The notes: generated from the letters alone by a model not told the origin. A stretch of DNA of 64,000 nucleotides from an uncultured Alphaproteobacteria bacterium (GCA_963835165.1 CAWIGD010000018.1:197774-261773); one strand, 5' to 3'; shown: positions 1-11,877, numbered from the stretch's first letter. Numbers and translations are program-made.

Positions 1-2
1 TC

Positions 3-3000
3 ACCGTCGACCTGATCGCCGACATGGCGGTGATCAATCCGTTCGACTTTTTTGTCGAGCCTTTCGCGGAGACTTTCCCGTTCGCCTATCCCGCGGAGTT
101 CGCCGAGGAGCTTGCCCCTTTTCTCGATGCGGAACCGGCGGGACCTCTGCTGTCGGCCTTTCTCGCCTCGATCCCGCGCAATCGGACGAATATCGTCGAT
201 TTCCTGGTCGGGCTTAATCAACGTCTGCACCATGAGGTCGGATATCTGATCCGCATGGAAGCCGGCGTGCAGACGCCGGAGCAAACGCTCGCGGCGAATT
301 CGGGCTCGTGCCGCGACAGCGCTTGGCTGCTCGTGCAAATCCTGCGTCACGTCGGCCTCGCGGCGCGGTTCGTGTCGGGCTATCTGATCCAATTGCGACC
401 GGACGTGGTTGCGCTCGATGGGCCCGCAGGGGCGACGCAGGATTTCACTGACCTGCACGCCTGGGCCGAGGTGTACATACCCGGCGCGGGCTGGATCGGG
501 CTCGATGCCACGTCCGGCTTGTTGTGCGGGGAGGGCCATCTCCCGCTCGCCGCCACGCCGCATTTCCGCGCCGCGGCGCCAATCAGCGGTGCCGTCGAAC
601 CGGCGGAAGTCACCTTCTCCTTCGACATGACCGTCACGCGGATCGCGGAACAGCCACGCGTAACCTACCCTTTCTCCGACGAAGCATGGGCGGCGCTCGA
701 TGCGCTGGGCGAGCAGGTGGACGCGGACCTCCGCGCCGGCGATGTGCGCCTCACCATGGGTGGCGAGCCCACATTCGTTTCGATCGACGATTACCAATCG
801 CCGGAATGGAACACGGCCGCGCTCGGCCCAACCAAGCGCACGCACGCCGACGAACTGATCCGTCGCTTGCGCGATCGTTTTGCGCCGGGCGGGCTCCTGC
901 ATTACGGCCAGGGCAAATGGTATCCGGGCGAGCCGCTGCCGCGCTGGGCGTTTGCGCTCTACTGGCGGCGCGACGGCAAGCCGACTTGGCGTGATCTCGC
1001 GCTCATTGCGACGGAGACCGCCAGCATGGGGCCGCTTGCCGACGACGCGCGACGCTTCGCGGAGGCGATCGCGCTCCGTCTTGGCCTCGACGCCGACTAC
1101 GCGCAGCCCACCTACGAAGACCCTGCCGAACGTATGCTCAAGCAAGGCGAGCTGCCGGAGAATGTCGATCCAAGCGATCCCAAGATCGACGATCCGGTCG
1201 AGCGTGATCGCATCCTGCGCACGTTCGAGCGCCACCTCGCCGCGCCGGCGGGTTACGTGTTGCCGGTGCAACGCTGGAGCGCACAACCCGCAACCGGCTG
1301 GATCAGCGAGATCTGGCAGACACGCCGCCGGCACCTGTTCCTCGCACCCGGTGATTCCCCGATCGGCTTTCGCCTGCCGCTGAGCTCTTTGCCCTATGTG
1401 AAGCCGGTCGATTACCCGCACCTCGTCCCGGCCGATCCCATGACCGAGCGCGGTGAATTGCCCGATCCCGAGATGCTCGCGCGGGTCATTGCCAATCGCG
1501 GCGAGGCCGCCGTTGCGCGCGCCAAGGTGGTCGAATTTCGCCGCGCTCAGGGCTCGTCTGCGCGCGTCGTCGCGTCGCCGTCCGGAGCCAGCGTTCCAGT
1601 CCGCACCGCGCTCACCGTGGAGCCGCGCAACGGCCGGATTTGCGTGTTCATGCCGCCGGTAGAACGGCTGGAAGATTATCTCGAACTGCTCGCCGTCGTC
1701 GAGGCAACCGCCGGCGAGCTCCAGATGCCGGTCCACGTCGAAGGTTATGAGCCGCCGGCCGATCCGCGCTTGAACGTCATCAAGGTCACGCCGGATCCCG
1801 GCGTCATCGAGGTCAACGTTCATCCCGCCGCGAGCTGGAGCGAGGCGGTCGACCTCACGCGCACGCTCTACGAGGAAACGCGTATCTGCCGACTTGGCAC
1901 CGACAAGTTCATGATCGACGGCCGCCACACTGGAACCGGCGGCGGGAATCATGTCGTGCTCGGTGGTCCGACCGCGGCTGACAGTCCGTTCCTGCGCCGG
2001 CCCGACCTGCTTAAAAGCGTGGTCCTTTATTGGCAGCGGCATCCTTCGCTGTCTTATCTGTTCTCGGGCTTGTTCATCGGCCCGACCAGCCAGGCTCCGC
2101 GCGTCGACGAAGCCCGTCACGACCAGCTTTACGAGCTGGAGATCGCGCTTGCGACCGTGCCGTCGCCGGATGAGGGCGAGGCGCCGCGGCCATGGCTGGT
2201 CGATCGCCTGTTTCGCAATCTTCTCGTCGATGTCACCGGCAACACCCACCGTGCCGAGGTCTGCATCGACAAGTTGTTCTCGCCGGACGGCCCAACGGGA
2301 CGGCTGGGTCTCGTCGAATTTCGCTCCTTCGAAATGCCGCCACATGCGCGCATAAGCTTGGCGCAGCAGTTGCTCCTGCGCGCCTTGATCGCCTGGTTCT
2401 GGCGCGAGCCGCAGCGCGGCTCGCTGGTCCGCTGGGGCACCGCCCTGCATGACCAATTCATGCTGGAGCACTGGGTTTGGGAGGACTTTCTCGGCGTGCT
2501 GGAGGATCTTCGCGGTGCCGGGTACGATTTCGCGCCGGACTGGTTTCATGCTCAACGCGAGTTTCGCTTTCCATTTTATGGCGCCGTTACCTATGGCGGC
2601 GTGAACCTGGAGCTGCGTCACGCCCTGGAGCCTTGGCACGTGCTTGGCGAAGACACCACCGCCGGGGTCACGGCACGCTTCGTCGATTCTTCGGTCGAGC
2701 GGTTGCAAGTGAAGGTCGAAGGTTTCAACGCCAGCCGCCATGTCGTCACCTGCAACGGGCGCCGCGTTCCGCTGACCTCTACCGGTCGCTCCGGCGAGTA
2801 CGTCGCCGGCATACGATTCAAGGCGTGGAAGCTGGCCGCCGCGTTACAGCCGACGATCGACGTCCACGCCCCGCTCACGTTCGACATTTGCGATGTTTGG
2901 AGCCGGCGTTCGTTGGGCGGCTGCGTCTACCATGTTGCCCATCCCGGTGGCCGCAACTACGAAACCGTCCCGGTCAACTCCTACGAAGCGGAAGCCCGGC

Positions 3001-3116
3001 GTTTGGCGCGTTTCCAGGATCACGGCCATACGCCGGGGGAGCGTGATGTCCCCGGGGAAGAACGCTCGCCCGAATACCCGATGACACTCGACCTCAGACG
3101 TCCGACTCATGTCTAA
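3..3116 (+). CDS. Large transglutaminase-like protein (transglutaminase core plus DUF2126-type C-terminal region), 5' end cut by window edge
   Basis: The frame is open to the window start (TVDLIAD precedes the first Met). Cys/His/Asp transglutaminase motifs are present: [29 protein letters not shown]. It overlaps the next gene by 8 nt. Confidence 0.85.
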   Translation, partial: TVDLIADMAVINPFDFFVEPFAETFPFAYPAEFAEELAPFLDAEPAGPLLSAFLASIPRNRTNIVDFLVGLNQRLHHEVGYLIRMEAGVQTPEQTLAANSGSCRDSAWLLVQILRHVGLAARFVSGYLIQLRPDVVALDGPAGATQDFTDLHAWAEVYIPGAGWIGLDATSGLLCGEGHLPLAATPHFRAAAPISGAVEPAEVTFSFDMTVTRIAEQPRVTYPFSDEAWAALDALGEQVDADLRAGDVRLTMGGEPTFVSIDDYQSPEWNTAALGPTKRTHADELIRRLRDRFAPGGLLHYGQGKWYPGEPLPRWAFALYWRRDGKPTWRDLALIATETASMGPLADDARRFAEAIALRLGLDADYAQPTYEDPAERMLKQGELPENVDPSDPKIDDPVERDRILRTFERHLAAPAGYVLPVQRWSAQPATGWISEIWQTRRRHLFLAPGDSPIGFRLPLSSLPYVKPVDYPHLVPADPMTERGELPDPEMLARVIANRGEAAVARAKVVEFRRAQGSSARVVASPSGASVPVRTALTVEPRNGRICVFMPPVERLEDYLELLAVVEATAGELQMPVHVEGYEPPADPRLNVIKVTPDPGVIEVNVHPAASWSEAVDLTRTLYEETRICRLGTDKFMIDGRHTGTGGGNHVVLGGPTAADSPFLRRPDLLKSVVLYWQRHPSLSYLFSGLFIGPTSQAPRVDEARHDQLYELEIALATVPSPDEGEAPRPWLVDRLFRNLLVDVTGNTHRAEVCIDKLFSPDGPTGRLGLVEFRSFEMPPHARISLAQQLLLRALIAWFWREPQRGSLVRWGTALHDQFMLEHWVWEDFLGVLEDLRGAGYDFAPDWFHAQREFRFPFYGAVTYGGVNLELRHALEPWHVLGEDTTAGVTARFVDSSVERLQVKVEGFNASRHVVTCNGRRVPLTSTGRSGEYVAGIRFKAWKLAAALQPTIDVHAPLTFDICDVWSRRSLGGCVYHVAHPGGRNYETVPVNSYEAEARRLARFQDHGHTPGERDVPGEERSPEYPMTLDLRRPTHV

Positions 3117-5619
3117 TAGCCGCATGGTCGGCCGACGCGACAGCGAGTCCGCGCAGAACGACATCGCGTCGATACTGGCGGGCTATCGGCCGCTGCCCGG
3201 CATTTTCGACGAGATGATGGACCGTGACGGCCGCGTGCGGTCCCATTGGCAGCGGTTGCTCGCGATGTTCGCGACGCTGGGGTCGAAACAGCTCGGTGCG
3301 CGTTTCGCTGCCGCCGATCGCCACGTGCACGATTCCGGGGTGTTCTACCGCGTCTACGAGGAGACCGCGGGGACCGAGCGGCCCTGGCCGTTGAGCCACG
3401 TGCCGCTTCTGATCGACGCTTCGGAATGGCAGGGGCTCAAGGCCGGACTGGTCCAGCGCGCCGAACTGCTGGAGGCGGTGCTGGCAGATGCCTATGGCCC
3501 GGCGCGGCTCGTGCGCGAGGGTCGCTTGCCCGCCACCGTCATCGCCGGCAATCCGGAATACTTGCGGCCGCTTGTTGGCGTGGCGCCGGCGGGCGGCGTG
3601 CATCTGCGCTTTTATGCCGTTGACGTGGGGCGGTCGCCGGCCGGCCATTGGTGGGTGCTCGGCGACCGCACCCAGGCGCCCTCGGGCGCCGGTTATGCGC
3701 TCGAGAATCGCCTCGCGCTGTCGCGCGCAATGCCCGATTTTTATCGCGAACTCAGGGTCGAGCGCTTGGCGCCGTTCTTCCAGGCGGTTCAGGCCGAGCT
3801 GTCCGGGCTCAACCGACAGGATGATTCCCGTGTTTGCGTGCTGACGCCGGGCCCGCTGAACGAGACCTATTTCGAGCACGCTTACCTCGCGCGCTATCTC
3901 GGCTTTCTGCTGGTCGAGGGCGAGGACCTGACGGTCCGCGACGACGGCGTCTTCATTCGCACGGTGTCCGGCCTCAAGCGCGCGGAGGTGCTGGTGCGGC
4001 GGCTGGATGCGGACTTTGCCGATCCGCTTGAGCTCAATGCGCGTTCGCGCCTCGGCGTGCCGGGGCTGGTGCAGGCCGTGCGTGACGGCACGGTGGTCAT
4101 CGCCAATGCGCTCGGTTCCGGTGTGGTCGAAGCGCGCGCGATGTCGAGCTTTCTGCCGGCACTGGCGCCCGCCGTGCTCGGCAGCGATCTCGCGTTGCCC
4201 AATGTCGCGACCTGGTGGCTCGGCCAGGCGCGAGCGCGCGACGAGATCATCGAACGGCTCGACGAGATGGTGATTGCTTCGGCCTTCAGCGGCGAGCTCC
4301 CGGGCTACGGCGAACGGCGCGAGGTTCTCGGCGCCGCGCTCGATCCCGACGAACGTGCGAGGATCCTCGCACAGATCGCCTACCGCGGCATCGATTTCGT
4401 CGCCAAGGAGGCTGTCACCCTTTCGACAACGCCGGTGTGGCGAAACGGCAGGCTCGAGCCGCGGCCGTTCACGCTCCGGCTGTTCCTGGCGAGGACCAAT
4501 GACGGGTGGCAGGTCATGCCCGGCGGATTCGTCAGGGTCGCCGACGATGTCGACGCCCGCGCGGTGAGCTTGCAGCGGGGCGGACGCACCGGCGACGCCT
4601 GGGTGCTGTCGGACAAGCCGGTGGCCGCGACGACGTTGTTGCCCGCGCCGGACCGGATCACGATCTCGCGTGCGACCGGAGCGCTGCCGAGCCGCGCCGC
4701 CAGCAATCTGTTCTGGGTGGCTCGCTACGTGGAACGTGCGGAGGCGACGCTGCGGCTGGTTCGGGCGCTCGTCACCCGTGCAGGCGACAGTGACGAGGCG
4801 GCGACCCGGGTGGTCGCGCGAATCTGCGAGCTGCTCGGCGAATGGGAGGCGGTGCCGACCGACCTCCCTAACGCCAAGCCGGTGTTCGTCGCAGCGGCCG
4901 CATTGCAGAACCGCGACCTCGACGGCGCCATGCCCTATCTCGTCGGAGCGGCGCAATCGGCTGCATCCGTGATCCGCGACCGCTTTTCTCCCGACGCCTG
5001 GCGGGCGCTGACCGATCTGTCCCAGTTAATCAACGCGCCCATCGATCTCCCACCGACCGAAAGTGCGATCTTCGAGCGCGTCAACCGCGCGTTGCGCATT
5101 ATCGCTTCGTTTTCCGGGCTGGCGCAGGAAAACATGAGTCAACTCGCCGGCTGGCGCTTTCTCGAGCTGGGCCGCCGGATCGAGCGGGCGATCGCAACCT
5201 GCCGTTTTGTCGATCAGTTCGCGTTCACCAAGCTCGACGGTGCGCTCGACGTCTTGCTGGAGCTCGCCGATAGCCAGATCACCTACCGGCTGCGCTACGT
5301 CATGGTGGCGGCACCGGTTCCCGTGATCGATCTCGTGGCGCTCGATCCCAGCAATCCGCGCTCGGTCGCCTACCAGCTCGGCCGCATCGAGGCGCATCTT
5401 TCCGCGCTGCCGCCGCGAAGCGACGACGGCCGCCTGTCGCCGCCCGAGCAGATCGCAACCTCGCTCGCGACGCAATTTCGCACCGCCGACGCCGCGGCGC
5501 TGGATCCGGCGACATTCCACCGGACGGAAATCGCACTGATGAAGCTCTCCGACGTGATTGCGTCCACCTATTTTACGACGCATGAGCGGGCCGAGGTTCG
5601 CTGGGAGGCGCTCGGATGA
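3109..5619 (+). CDS. Circularly permuted type-2 ATP-grasp protein fused to an alpha-E domain
   Basis: 836-aa ORF. The N-terminal half resembles COG2308-type cpATP-grasp proteins and the C-terminal half ([13 protein letters not shown]...) resembles the alpha-E domain. Both ends are translationally coupled to the neighbouring genes. Confidence 0.8.
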   Translation: MSNSRMVGRRDSESAQNDIASILAGYRPLPGIFDEMMDRDGRVRSHWQRLLAMFATLGSKQLGARFAAADRHVHDSGVFYRVYEETAGTERPWPLSHVPLLIDASEWQGLKAGLVQRAELLEAVLADAYGPARLVREGRLPATVIAGNPEYLRPLVGVAPAGGVHLRFYAVDVGRSPAGHWWVLGDRTQAPSGAGYALENRLALSRAMPDFYRELRVERLAPFFQAVQAELSGLNRQDDSRVCVLTPGPLNETYFEHAYLARYLGFLLVEGEDLTVRDDGVFIRTVSGLKRAEVLVRRLDADFADPLELNARSRLGVPGLVQAVRDGTVVIANALGSGVVEARAMSSFLPALAPAVLGSDLALPNVATWWLGQARARDEIIERLDEMVIASAFSGELPGYGERREVLGAALDPDERARILAQIAYRGIDFVAKEAVTLSTTPVWRNGRLEPRPFTLRLFLARTNDGWQVMPGGFVRVADDVDARAVSLQRGGRTGDAWVLSDKPVAATTLLPAPDRITISRATGALPSRAASNLFWVARYVERAEATLRLVRALVTRAGDSDEAATRVVARICELLGEWEAVPTDLPNAKPVFVAAAALQNRDLDGAMPYLVGAAQSAASVIRDRFSPDAWRALTDLSQLINAPIDLPPTESAIFERVNRALRIIASFSGLAQENMSQLAGWRFLELGRRIERAIATCRFVDQFAFTKLDGALDVLLELADSQITYRLRYVMVAAPVPVIDLVALDPSNPRSVAYQLGRIEAHLSALPPRSDDGRLSPPEQIATSLATQFRTADAAALDPATFHRTEIALMKLSDVIASTYFTTHERAEVRWEALG

Positions 5620-6491
5620 TATACGACATCCGGCAGGCCACGATCTATCACTACGCGTCGCCGGTTGCCTACTCGCGCCATGTGCTGCGGCTCACGCCGA
5701 TCGACCGCCCGGGGCAGCGCGTTCACGCCACGGCGCTGGACATCGACCCGGTTCCGATCGGACGGCGCGAAGGGCACGATTTCTTCGGCAACCGGACGAC
5801 ATGGATCGAGCTCGATCAGCCGCACGATACCTTGAGCGTTCGGGTCGCGGCGCGGGTTGCAGTCAAGGCGGAAGGCGCGCCGCAGGCGAGCAGCACGCCG
5901 CCGTGGGAAGAGATTCGCGACGCGGCGTTCGCATCGACTGATCTGTCGCCAAACTCTCCGGCGCATTACCTGTTCCCCAGCCGGCAGGCCTCGCTTGATC
6001 CGGAAATCCGCGCCTATGCTGCCGAGAGTTTTTTGCCCGGGCGCCCGATTCTCGAAGGCGCGGTCGACCTCATGCGGCGTATCAAAGCCGACTTCGTTTA
6101 TGAAGCCGGAGTCACCACCGCGTCGACGACGCCACCGATGTCGTTTGCCCTGCGGCGCGGTGTCTGCCAGGACTTCGCTCACATCATGATTTCCGGGATG
6201 CGCGGCCTCGGGTTGCCGGCAGCCTATGTCAGCGGCTATCTCCGAACCTTCCACGCGAAGGAGGACAACCTCGAAGGCGCCGACGCCATGCACGCCTGGG
6301 TGCTGGTGGGCTGCGGGGAGGAGGTCGGCTGGTGCGGACTTGATCCGACCAACAACATCTTTGCCGGCGATGACCATGTGGTGCTCGCAATTGGCCGCGA
6401 TTATGCCGACGTCGCCCCGATCGACGGCGTCATCTACGCGTCGGGCGGCCAGCGCCTCGAAGGCTCCGTGAGCGTGACCCCGGTGGGGTAG
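5616..6491 (+). CDS. Transglutaminase family protein (Bact_transglu_N plus transglutaminase core)
   Basis: Motifs GVCQDFAHIM, DAMHAWVLV and GLDPTN. ATGA start/stop overlap with the upstream gene. Confidence 0.85.
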   Translation: MIYDIRQATIYHYASPVAYSRHVLRLTPIDRPGQRVHATALDIDPVPIGRREGHDFFGNRTTWIELDQPHDTLSVRVAARVAVKAEGAPQASSTPPWEEIRDAAFASTDLSPNSPAHYLFPSRQASLDPEIRAYAAESFLPGRPILEGAVDLMRRIKADFVYEAGVTTASTTPPMSFALRRGVCQDFAHIMISGMRGLGLPAAYVSGYLRTFHAKEDNLEGADAMHAWVLVGCGEEVGWCGLDPTNNIFAGDDHVVLAIGRDYADVAPIDGVIYASGGQRLEGSVSVTPVG

Positions 6492-6534
6492 GGAGGCGCG
6501 CGCACCGAGGCTGCGGCAGCGTCATCGATCCCGA

Positions 6535-7779
6535 TCACGAGGCGCGGCGTGAGCCCACCAGAACGCTGCGCAGATTCTCGCTGCGCGAATTGTGGGCGTG
6601 CAGCACGTCCTTGATGTCGCGGTGCAGTTCCGCTTGCGTGCGCTGGTCGCGCGGCTTGAGCTGCGCGCTCAGATACGCGCCTTCTTCACGTCCGAGCGCC
6701 ACCAGACCGCTTCCGAAGGGTTGCTGCGCGCTCTGGTAGCGCAGCAGGCCGCCGACGATGTCGTCGCCCGCAGTTGCGTCGGCAAGGCTTGCTGCATCCA
6801 GCGCCGCCTTGGTCACGCCCGCGCCGACATGCGGCCGCGCCACGAAGGCGGCATCTCCGAGCAGGGCCACGCGCCCGAACACCGTCCGGGGTGATTCGAG
6901 ATCGAAGATCGGCTGGAAGAACGGCTGCGGCGTGCGCGCGAAGATCTCGGCGACCTGCGGCGCAACGAGTGCGCGCGCCGTCGCCTTGATCCCGGCGGTG
7001 ATCTCGGGCCGAATCAACGGCGGAGGAATCGCGGTGCCGTGGCGCCTGCCGGTTGCGTCGGTGCAGAGATCGACCAGCGTCGTATCGCGGTCGGTTGGCC
7101 GGTACCAGACAATGTTATAGGCGCGGCGGCCGGCCTGGGTTTCGTTGTTGCGGCCGGGTACCGGGTAGGCGAGGAACAGCTCACCTTCGGGCAGACAAAA
7201 GGTGTAGCGCTCGAAGATCTCCGCCCGGATATCGGCCGGCACGTCGCTTTCATCCAGCATGGCGCGCCAAGCGACGTATCCGGCATAGTTGGGCTCGATA
7301 TCCGGCAGGAACTGTTCGCGCACGGTGGAGCGCACGCCATCGGCGCCCACCAGAAGGTCCCCGCTGACGCGCGAGCCGTCGGCAAAGACAGCGGTAACGC
7401 TCTGCGCATCCTGCTCGACGCGCCGTAGCGACATGCCGAGACGATAGCTTTCGTCCGAAAGCGGATCGCGCAACGAGCGATAGAGCCGCCCCCACGAGCT
7501 CATGGTGCGCGCCGTCTTGGTTTCGAGATAGGTCTTGCCGCTCTTGTCGAGGCAGATGACCGTATCGACCTTGATCCCCATGGACTCGTCGAAGTCGATC
7601 CCGACGCGGTGAAGAATATCGATGAGCTGCGGATGCGTGCTGATGCCGGCGCCGCGGCCGGTGAGGTCCTCGGCGTTGCGCTCGAACACGATCACGTCCC
7701 AGCCGGTGTTGCGCAGGAGATTTGCGGCCAGCAATCCGCCGAGCGAACCACCGATCACCAGGGCGCGTCGCGTTGCCAT
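6535..7779 (-). CDS. FAD-dependent aromatic-ring monooxygenase (hydroxylase)
   Basis: N-terminal dinucleotide fold ALVIGGSLGGLLAANLL, and a GDAAF motif near the C-terminal third. Confidence 0.8.
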   Translation of the reverse strand: MATRRALVIGGSLGGLLAANLLRNTGWDVIVFERNAEDLTGRGAGISTHPQLIDILHRVGIDFDESMGIKVDTVICLDKSGKTYLETKTARTMSSWGRLYRSLRDPLSDESYRLGMSLRRVEQDAQSVTAVFADGSRVSGDLLVGADGVRSTVREQFLPDIEPNYAGYVAWRAMLDESDVPADIRAEIFERYTFCLPEGELFLAYPVPGRNNETQAGRRAYNIVWYRPTDRDTTLVDLCTDATGRRHGTAIPPPLIRPEITAGIKATARALVAPQVAEIFARTPQPFFQPIFDLESPRTVFGRVALLGDAAFVARPHVGAGVTKAALDAASLADATAGDDIVGGLLRYQSAQQPFGSGLVALGREEGAYLSAQLKPRDQRTQAELHRDIKDVLHAHNSRSENLRSVLVGSRRAS

Positions 7780-7803
7780 GCGTTCAATTCACCTGCGGCG
7801 GGC

Positions 7804-8679
7804 TTACGCCATCGCCCAGGACATGCTGTCATGACCCGGCTTGTAGGCGCGGTTGCTCTGGGCCGGATTGCGGTTGATCAGCGGCCGGCCATACAGCGGG
7901 TGGGTCTGGCTGCGCACCTCGTGCTCCACCGTGAACAGCACCTCGCGCGTGGCGAGGTCGATGACGTCCTTGAAGCGGTATTCGTGCTCGTTGACCTCCA
8001 TGGTAATGAGGCCGAGTTCCTTCAGGCGGCGATAGGGAGCCGAGAAATTCGCGATATAGATTTGCGCGTGGTGCCGGTCATAGGGTTTCTCGGGCTCGTC
8101 GGTCTCGCGGAAATACCAGTATTGCTTCTCGCCGACCTGCACCCGAGCCTTGCGGCCGCTTCCGTTCTCGACCACCGTCGCGAGCGCTCCCATGACGTCC
8201 CGATAGAAGCCGGCGATGCGGTCCGCGGTGCCGGGGCGCACGTCGAATTCGATGTAGGGCATCCCCAGCACGACGCGGCCGAAGCGGTTCTCGTCAGGGG
8301 TATGGACGTTGATGCGGTTGCCCCAGGGACAGATGGTCTCGACGCAATCGTTGGTTTCGCGGAAGTCGAACTTTGTTCCTTCCAACGGCTTGCGCACCTG
8401 CGCCAGGCGTTCGAGCAGTGCGGCCCGATCCGGCACCACCAGTCCGGTGACGCCGCGCACCACGTCGGGCTGGCCGTTCGGCAGATGGAACTGGCTCATT
8501 CCGACATTGATCCACATCAGACGCGCCCCGGTATTGAGAAAAGGGTCGCGGGTCAGGCCAAGGCCGGTGACGTAGTAGTGCGTCGCCAGGTGCTGGTCGG
8601 TGATGCAGACGTTGACGTGCCCGAGATTGACAATGTTGCCGAGATCCTGGGTCGTGCGATCGTATTGCTTGTCGGCCAT
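7804..8679 (-). CDS. Conserved hypothetical protein, possibly VOC/glyoxalase-like fold
   Basis: Clean 291-aa ORF with high GC3, directly downstream of the monooxygenase. The function was not recognised. Confidence 0.6.
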   Translation of the reverse strand: MADKQYDRTTQDLGNIVNLGHVNVCITDQHLATHYYVTGLGLTRDPFLNTGARLMWINVGMSQFHLPNGQPDVVRGVTGLVVPDRAALLERLAQVRKPLEGTKFDFRETNDCVETICPWGNRINVHTPDENRFGRVVLGMPYIEFDVRPGTADRIAGFYRDVMGALATVVENGSGRKARVQVGEKQYWYFRETDEPEKPYDRHHAQIYIANFSAPYRRLKELGLITMEVNEHEYRFKDVIDLATREVLFTVEHEVRSQTHPLYGRPLINRNPAQSNRAYKPGHDSMSWAMA

Positions 8680-8759
8680 GGTGTCTTTCCTTGCCAGGGC
8701 AGGATACTAGGCTAAGCGACCCGCGCCTCTCAACGGCGTTGCGGATTGCCGCTGATGGT

Positions 8760-9728
8760 TCACTGCTGCGGCACGCTGGCAGCCTGGATGACTTTGCCCC
8801 AGAGCGCGCGCTGCTCCTGGACAAACTTTCTCGTCTGGGTCGCGTCGCCGCCGCCCACCAGCACCTGCAGTTCGCGCAAGCGCGCCAGCACGTCCGCTTC
8901 CTGCAGCGCCTCGTTGATCGCGGCGTTGAGCTTGAGGATGATCGGACCGGGCGTCTTCGGGGGCGCGCTGATCGCGTTCCAGGTTTCCGACACGATGTCA
9001 GGGTAGCCCGCCTCCGCCATGGTCGGCACGTCCGGCAAGGCCTCGATGCGCTTGTCGGTGGCGACCGCGAGCACCCGCAGCTTGCCGCTCTGCTGCAATT
9101 CATGGACGGCGGAGAACTGGATGAAGCTCAGGTCGACGTGGCCCGCGACCACGTCGGTCAGCACGCCGGACGTGTTGCCCTTGTACGGCACGTGCAGGAG
9201 CTTCGTTCCGGTCAGCGTCATGAACAGCTCGCCGGTCAGATGCGATGCGGTGCCGATTCCCTGCGATCCGAAACTGAACTTGCCCGCATTGGCTTTGGCG
9301 ACGGCGACGAACTCCTGTACCGACCTGGCGGGAAAGTCCGGCCGCACCACCAGCACGTTGGGAATCCGCGACATCAGCGCGACCGGCTCGAAGCCCGCCG
9401 GGTCGAAACCGAGTTTTTTGTAGAGCCAGCCGTTGATCGCGAGTGGCGTCGGCGAGGATGCCAGCAGCGTGTACCCGTCGCCTTCGGATTGGAACACCAC
9501 CTCCGCGCCGATATTGCCGCCAGCGCCCGGGCGGTTCTCGACCACGAAAGGCTGGCCAAGCCGTGCGCGCAGCTTGTCCGCGATAATGCGCGTCGCCGTA
9601 TCCACGCCCCCGCCGGGTGCGACGTTGACGATGATCCGGACCGGCTTGCTGGGATAATCGGGATTCGATTGCGCCGCCGAGGGCGCCAGCAGTGCGCCAG
9701 CGAGAACGATCACCAGGAAACGGATCAT
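8760..9728 (-). CDS. Bug/TctC family tripartite tricarboxylate transporter substrate-binding protein
   Basis: Signal peptide followed by the family motifs PVRIIVNVAPGGGVD and ENRPGAGGNIG. Confidence 0.9.
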   Translation of the reverse strand: MIRFLVIVLAGALLAPSAAQSNPDYPSKPVRIIVNVAPGGGVDTATRIIADKLRARLGQPFVVENRPGAGGNIGAEVVFQSEGDGYTLLASSPTPLAINGWLYKKLGFDPAGFEPVALMSRIPNVLVVRPDFPARSVQEFVAVAKANAGKFSFGSQGIGTASHLTGELFMTLTGTKLLHVPYKGNTSGVLTDVVAGHVDLSFIQFSAVHELQQSGKLRVLAVATDKRIEALPDVPTMAEAGYPDIVSETWNAISAPPKTPGPIILKLNAAINEALQEADVLARLRELQVLVGGGDATQTRKFVQEQRALWGKVIQAASVPQQ

Positions 9729-9914
9729 GCATTCCTCCGATGGTTTGATCCACCTTAAGATCGAGCCGACGGACCAGCGCGGACCAGGTCTGGGTTTCGC
9801 GCGCGAAATAGCAGCTGCGCCTTCTCGACCCGTCCGAGCGGCTGACCTTCGTAAGTGCTGGGCTTGATCGTCACCGCGGCGAATCCGGCGGCCCCTATGG
9901 GCGCCTCAAGGGGA

Positions 9915-10943
9915 TCAATTGGCTTTCACTCCCGCAGCCGCGGCGATTTTCATATTGGTGGAGACCTCCGCCTGCACCAGCTTTTCGAATGCCGAGGTGG
10001 TCAGGATCATCGGGTCCGCGCCCAGGCGTGCAAGCTTCTCCTGCACCGCGGGATTTTCCAGCGCCTTGCGTGTTTCAGCGTAAAGCTTGTCCAGGATGGG
10101 AAACGGCGTCTTCGCCGGCGCGAACATCCCAACCCAGAAGTTATATTCCGAGTCCGGAAATCCCGCTTCCACCGTAGTCGGAACGTTGGGCAGAGCGGCC
10201 GCGCGTTGGGATCCGCTCACCGCGAGCGCCTGCAGTCTGCCGTCCTTGAGAAACGGCAGCGCCACGATCAGCGGTGCAAAGAAAAAATCGACGCGATCCG
10301 CCAGCACCTCCATCAGCGCTTCGGGCGCGCCCTTGCTGGGCACGTGCACGGCCTGGAATCCGGCTGCCCGGCGGAATACCTCGCTGGCGAAATGCGAAAA
10401 GTTTCCCGCGCCCGCGGTGGAGTAGTTCATCAATCCGGGCTTCGCCTTCGCGGCCGCGACGAAGTCGGCCAAGTTCTTGTAACCCTTGGACGGCGAAACC
10501 ACGAGAACCGTCGGCATGTTGCCGAGCGGAATAACGGGCATGAAGTCGCGCAAGGTATCGAACGGCAGGTTGCCGTACGTGGCCGGCACGATGGTATGCG
10601 ACGACGAGTTGATCAGCAGAGTATAGCCGTCGGCGTCCGATCGTGCCGCGGTGGCCATGCCGATGGTATTGCCGGCGCCGGGACGATTTTCCATCACGAT
10701 CGGCTGGCCGAGTTGTTGCGAGAGCTGATCCAGAACGGTGCGCCCGATCATGTCGGTGGCGCTGCCCGCGGTCAGGGGCACGATTGCGCGGATCGCTTTC
10801 GTCGGCCAGTCCTGCGCGACCGCGGTGCTCACGCACAGCGCGGTGAAGACCATGGCCGCAACGAGACTGCGCGCCCCCCTTGTCGTGCCTCGGCCGGCCC
10901 GAATGGCGGATGTGCGGATGCCGGCCGCCCGGTTGCGCATCAT
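9915..10943 (-). CDS. Bug/TctC family substrate-binding protein
   Basis: Motifs IRAIVPLTAGSATD and ENRPGAGNTIG. The start was placed at MMRNRAAG; the ORF is open up to 10979. Confidence 0.85.
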   Translation of the reverse strand: MMRNRAAGIRTSAIRAGRGTTRGARSLVAAMVFTALCVSTAVAQDWPTKAIRAIVPLTAGSATDMIGRTVLDQLSQQLGQPIVMENRPGAGNTIGMATAARSDADGYTLLINSSSHTIVPATYGNLPFDTLRDFMPVIPLGNMPTVLVVSPSKGYKNLADFVAAAKAKPGLMNYSTAGAGNFSHFASEVFRRAAGFQAVHVPSKGAPEALMEVLADRVDFFFAPLIVALPFLKDGRLQALAVSGSQRAAALPNVPTTVEAGFPDSEYNFWVGMFAPAKTPFPILDKLYAETRKALENPAVQEKLARLGADPMILTTSAFEKLVQAEVSTNMKIAAAAGVKAN

Positions 10944-11154
10944 GAGTCCTCCCGTGAGCTTTTTTGAACAGATGTTCAATACAGGTTATCGGAATTAAAC
11001 ACCTGTGCAAATTCTTTTGCTCTCGGCTGGAGCGAGACGCCAAGGCACTGATCTTCGAGTGCAATGCGCGTCGTCGGCTGCGGCTTTAGACCGTGCCGAT
11101 ATCAATCGGAAAGCTGGACCTTGCGGCCCTCGCCGCGGCAGAACCCGTCATGGC

Positions 11155-11877
11155 TCAGCGTCGTTTGCGCTCGCGCCGTTGCGGCCTCGTCGGCGGAGCG
11201 TGGAAGGCCCGCGTCATGAACGGGACCAGTTCCTTGATGACGTCTTCGGTGTTGGCGGGATTGCAGCGGCCGTTGGAAAACGCGGAGATCCGGTGCGGTC
11301 CTGCCGCGGTGTAGTAGATCGAGCCGAGCAGGAAGTGGAAGCGCCAGCACACGTCCGTTCGCGACAGGTGGGGCAGGCATTCGCACAGCACGTCGATGAA
11401 TGCGGTGCTGGACTGATCGAAGTTCTCCGCCACCAGCTTTTCCAGGAGTTCCGAGTTTTCGCCCGACAGCACGGCGCGCAGGCGGATGAATGCCTCCCCG
11501 CCTTCCACCTCGACCTGCTGCAAGGCCGGCCGGATGAACGCCTCGATGATGGCGGCGACCCTTGCTCTGCCGCGCAGTCGCGACGAGGCTTCGAGCCCGC
11601 GCAGCCGCTCCTCGATCAAGGGTTCGCAGTGGCGGCGATAGACCTCGGACAGCAGGCCTTCCTTGTTGCTGAAGTGATAGCCGATGCTGGCGATGTTCAC
11701 TTGCGCCGCGGCTGCCAGTTCGCGCACGGACACGCCGTTGAAACCACGCTCGGCGAACAGGCGTTCGGCCGTTCGCAGGATCCGCTCCCGCGTCCCATCC
11801 TCGTCCTCGCGGGAAAGGGCTTGCCTGGAGGCCTTCCCGGCGTGCGCCAGCGCGCGCTTCGACGTCGCCTTGTCCAT
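11155..11877 (-). CDS. TetR/AcrR family transcriptional regulator
   Basis: N-terminal HTH region RILRTAERLFAERGFNGVSVRELAAAAQVNIASIGYHF. Confidence 0.9.
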   Translation of the reverse strand: MDKATSKRALAHAGKASRQALSREDEDGTRERILRTAERLFAERGFNGVSVRELAAAAQVNIASIGYHFSNKEGLLSEVYRRHCEPLIEERLRGLEASSRLRGRARVAAIIEAFIRPALQQVEVEGGEAFIRLRAVLSGENSELLEKLVAENFDQSSTAFIDVLCECLPHLSRTDVCWRFHFLLGSIYYTAAGPHRISAFSNGRCNPANTEDVIKELVPFMTRAFHAPPTRPQRRERKRR

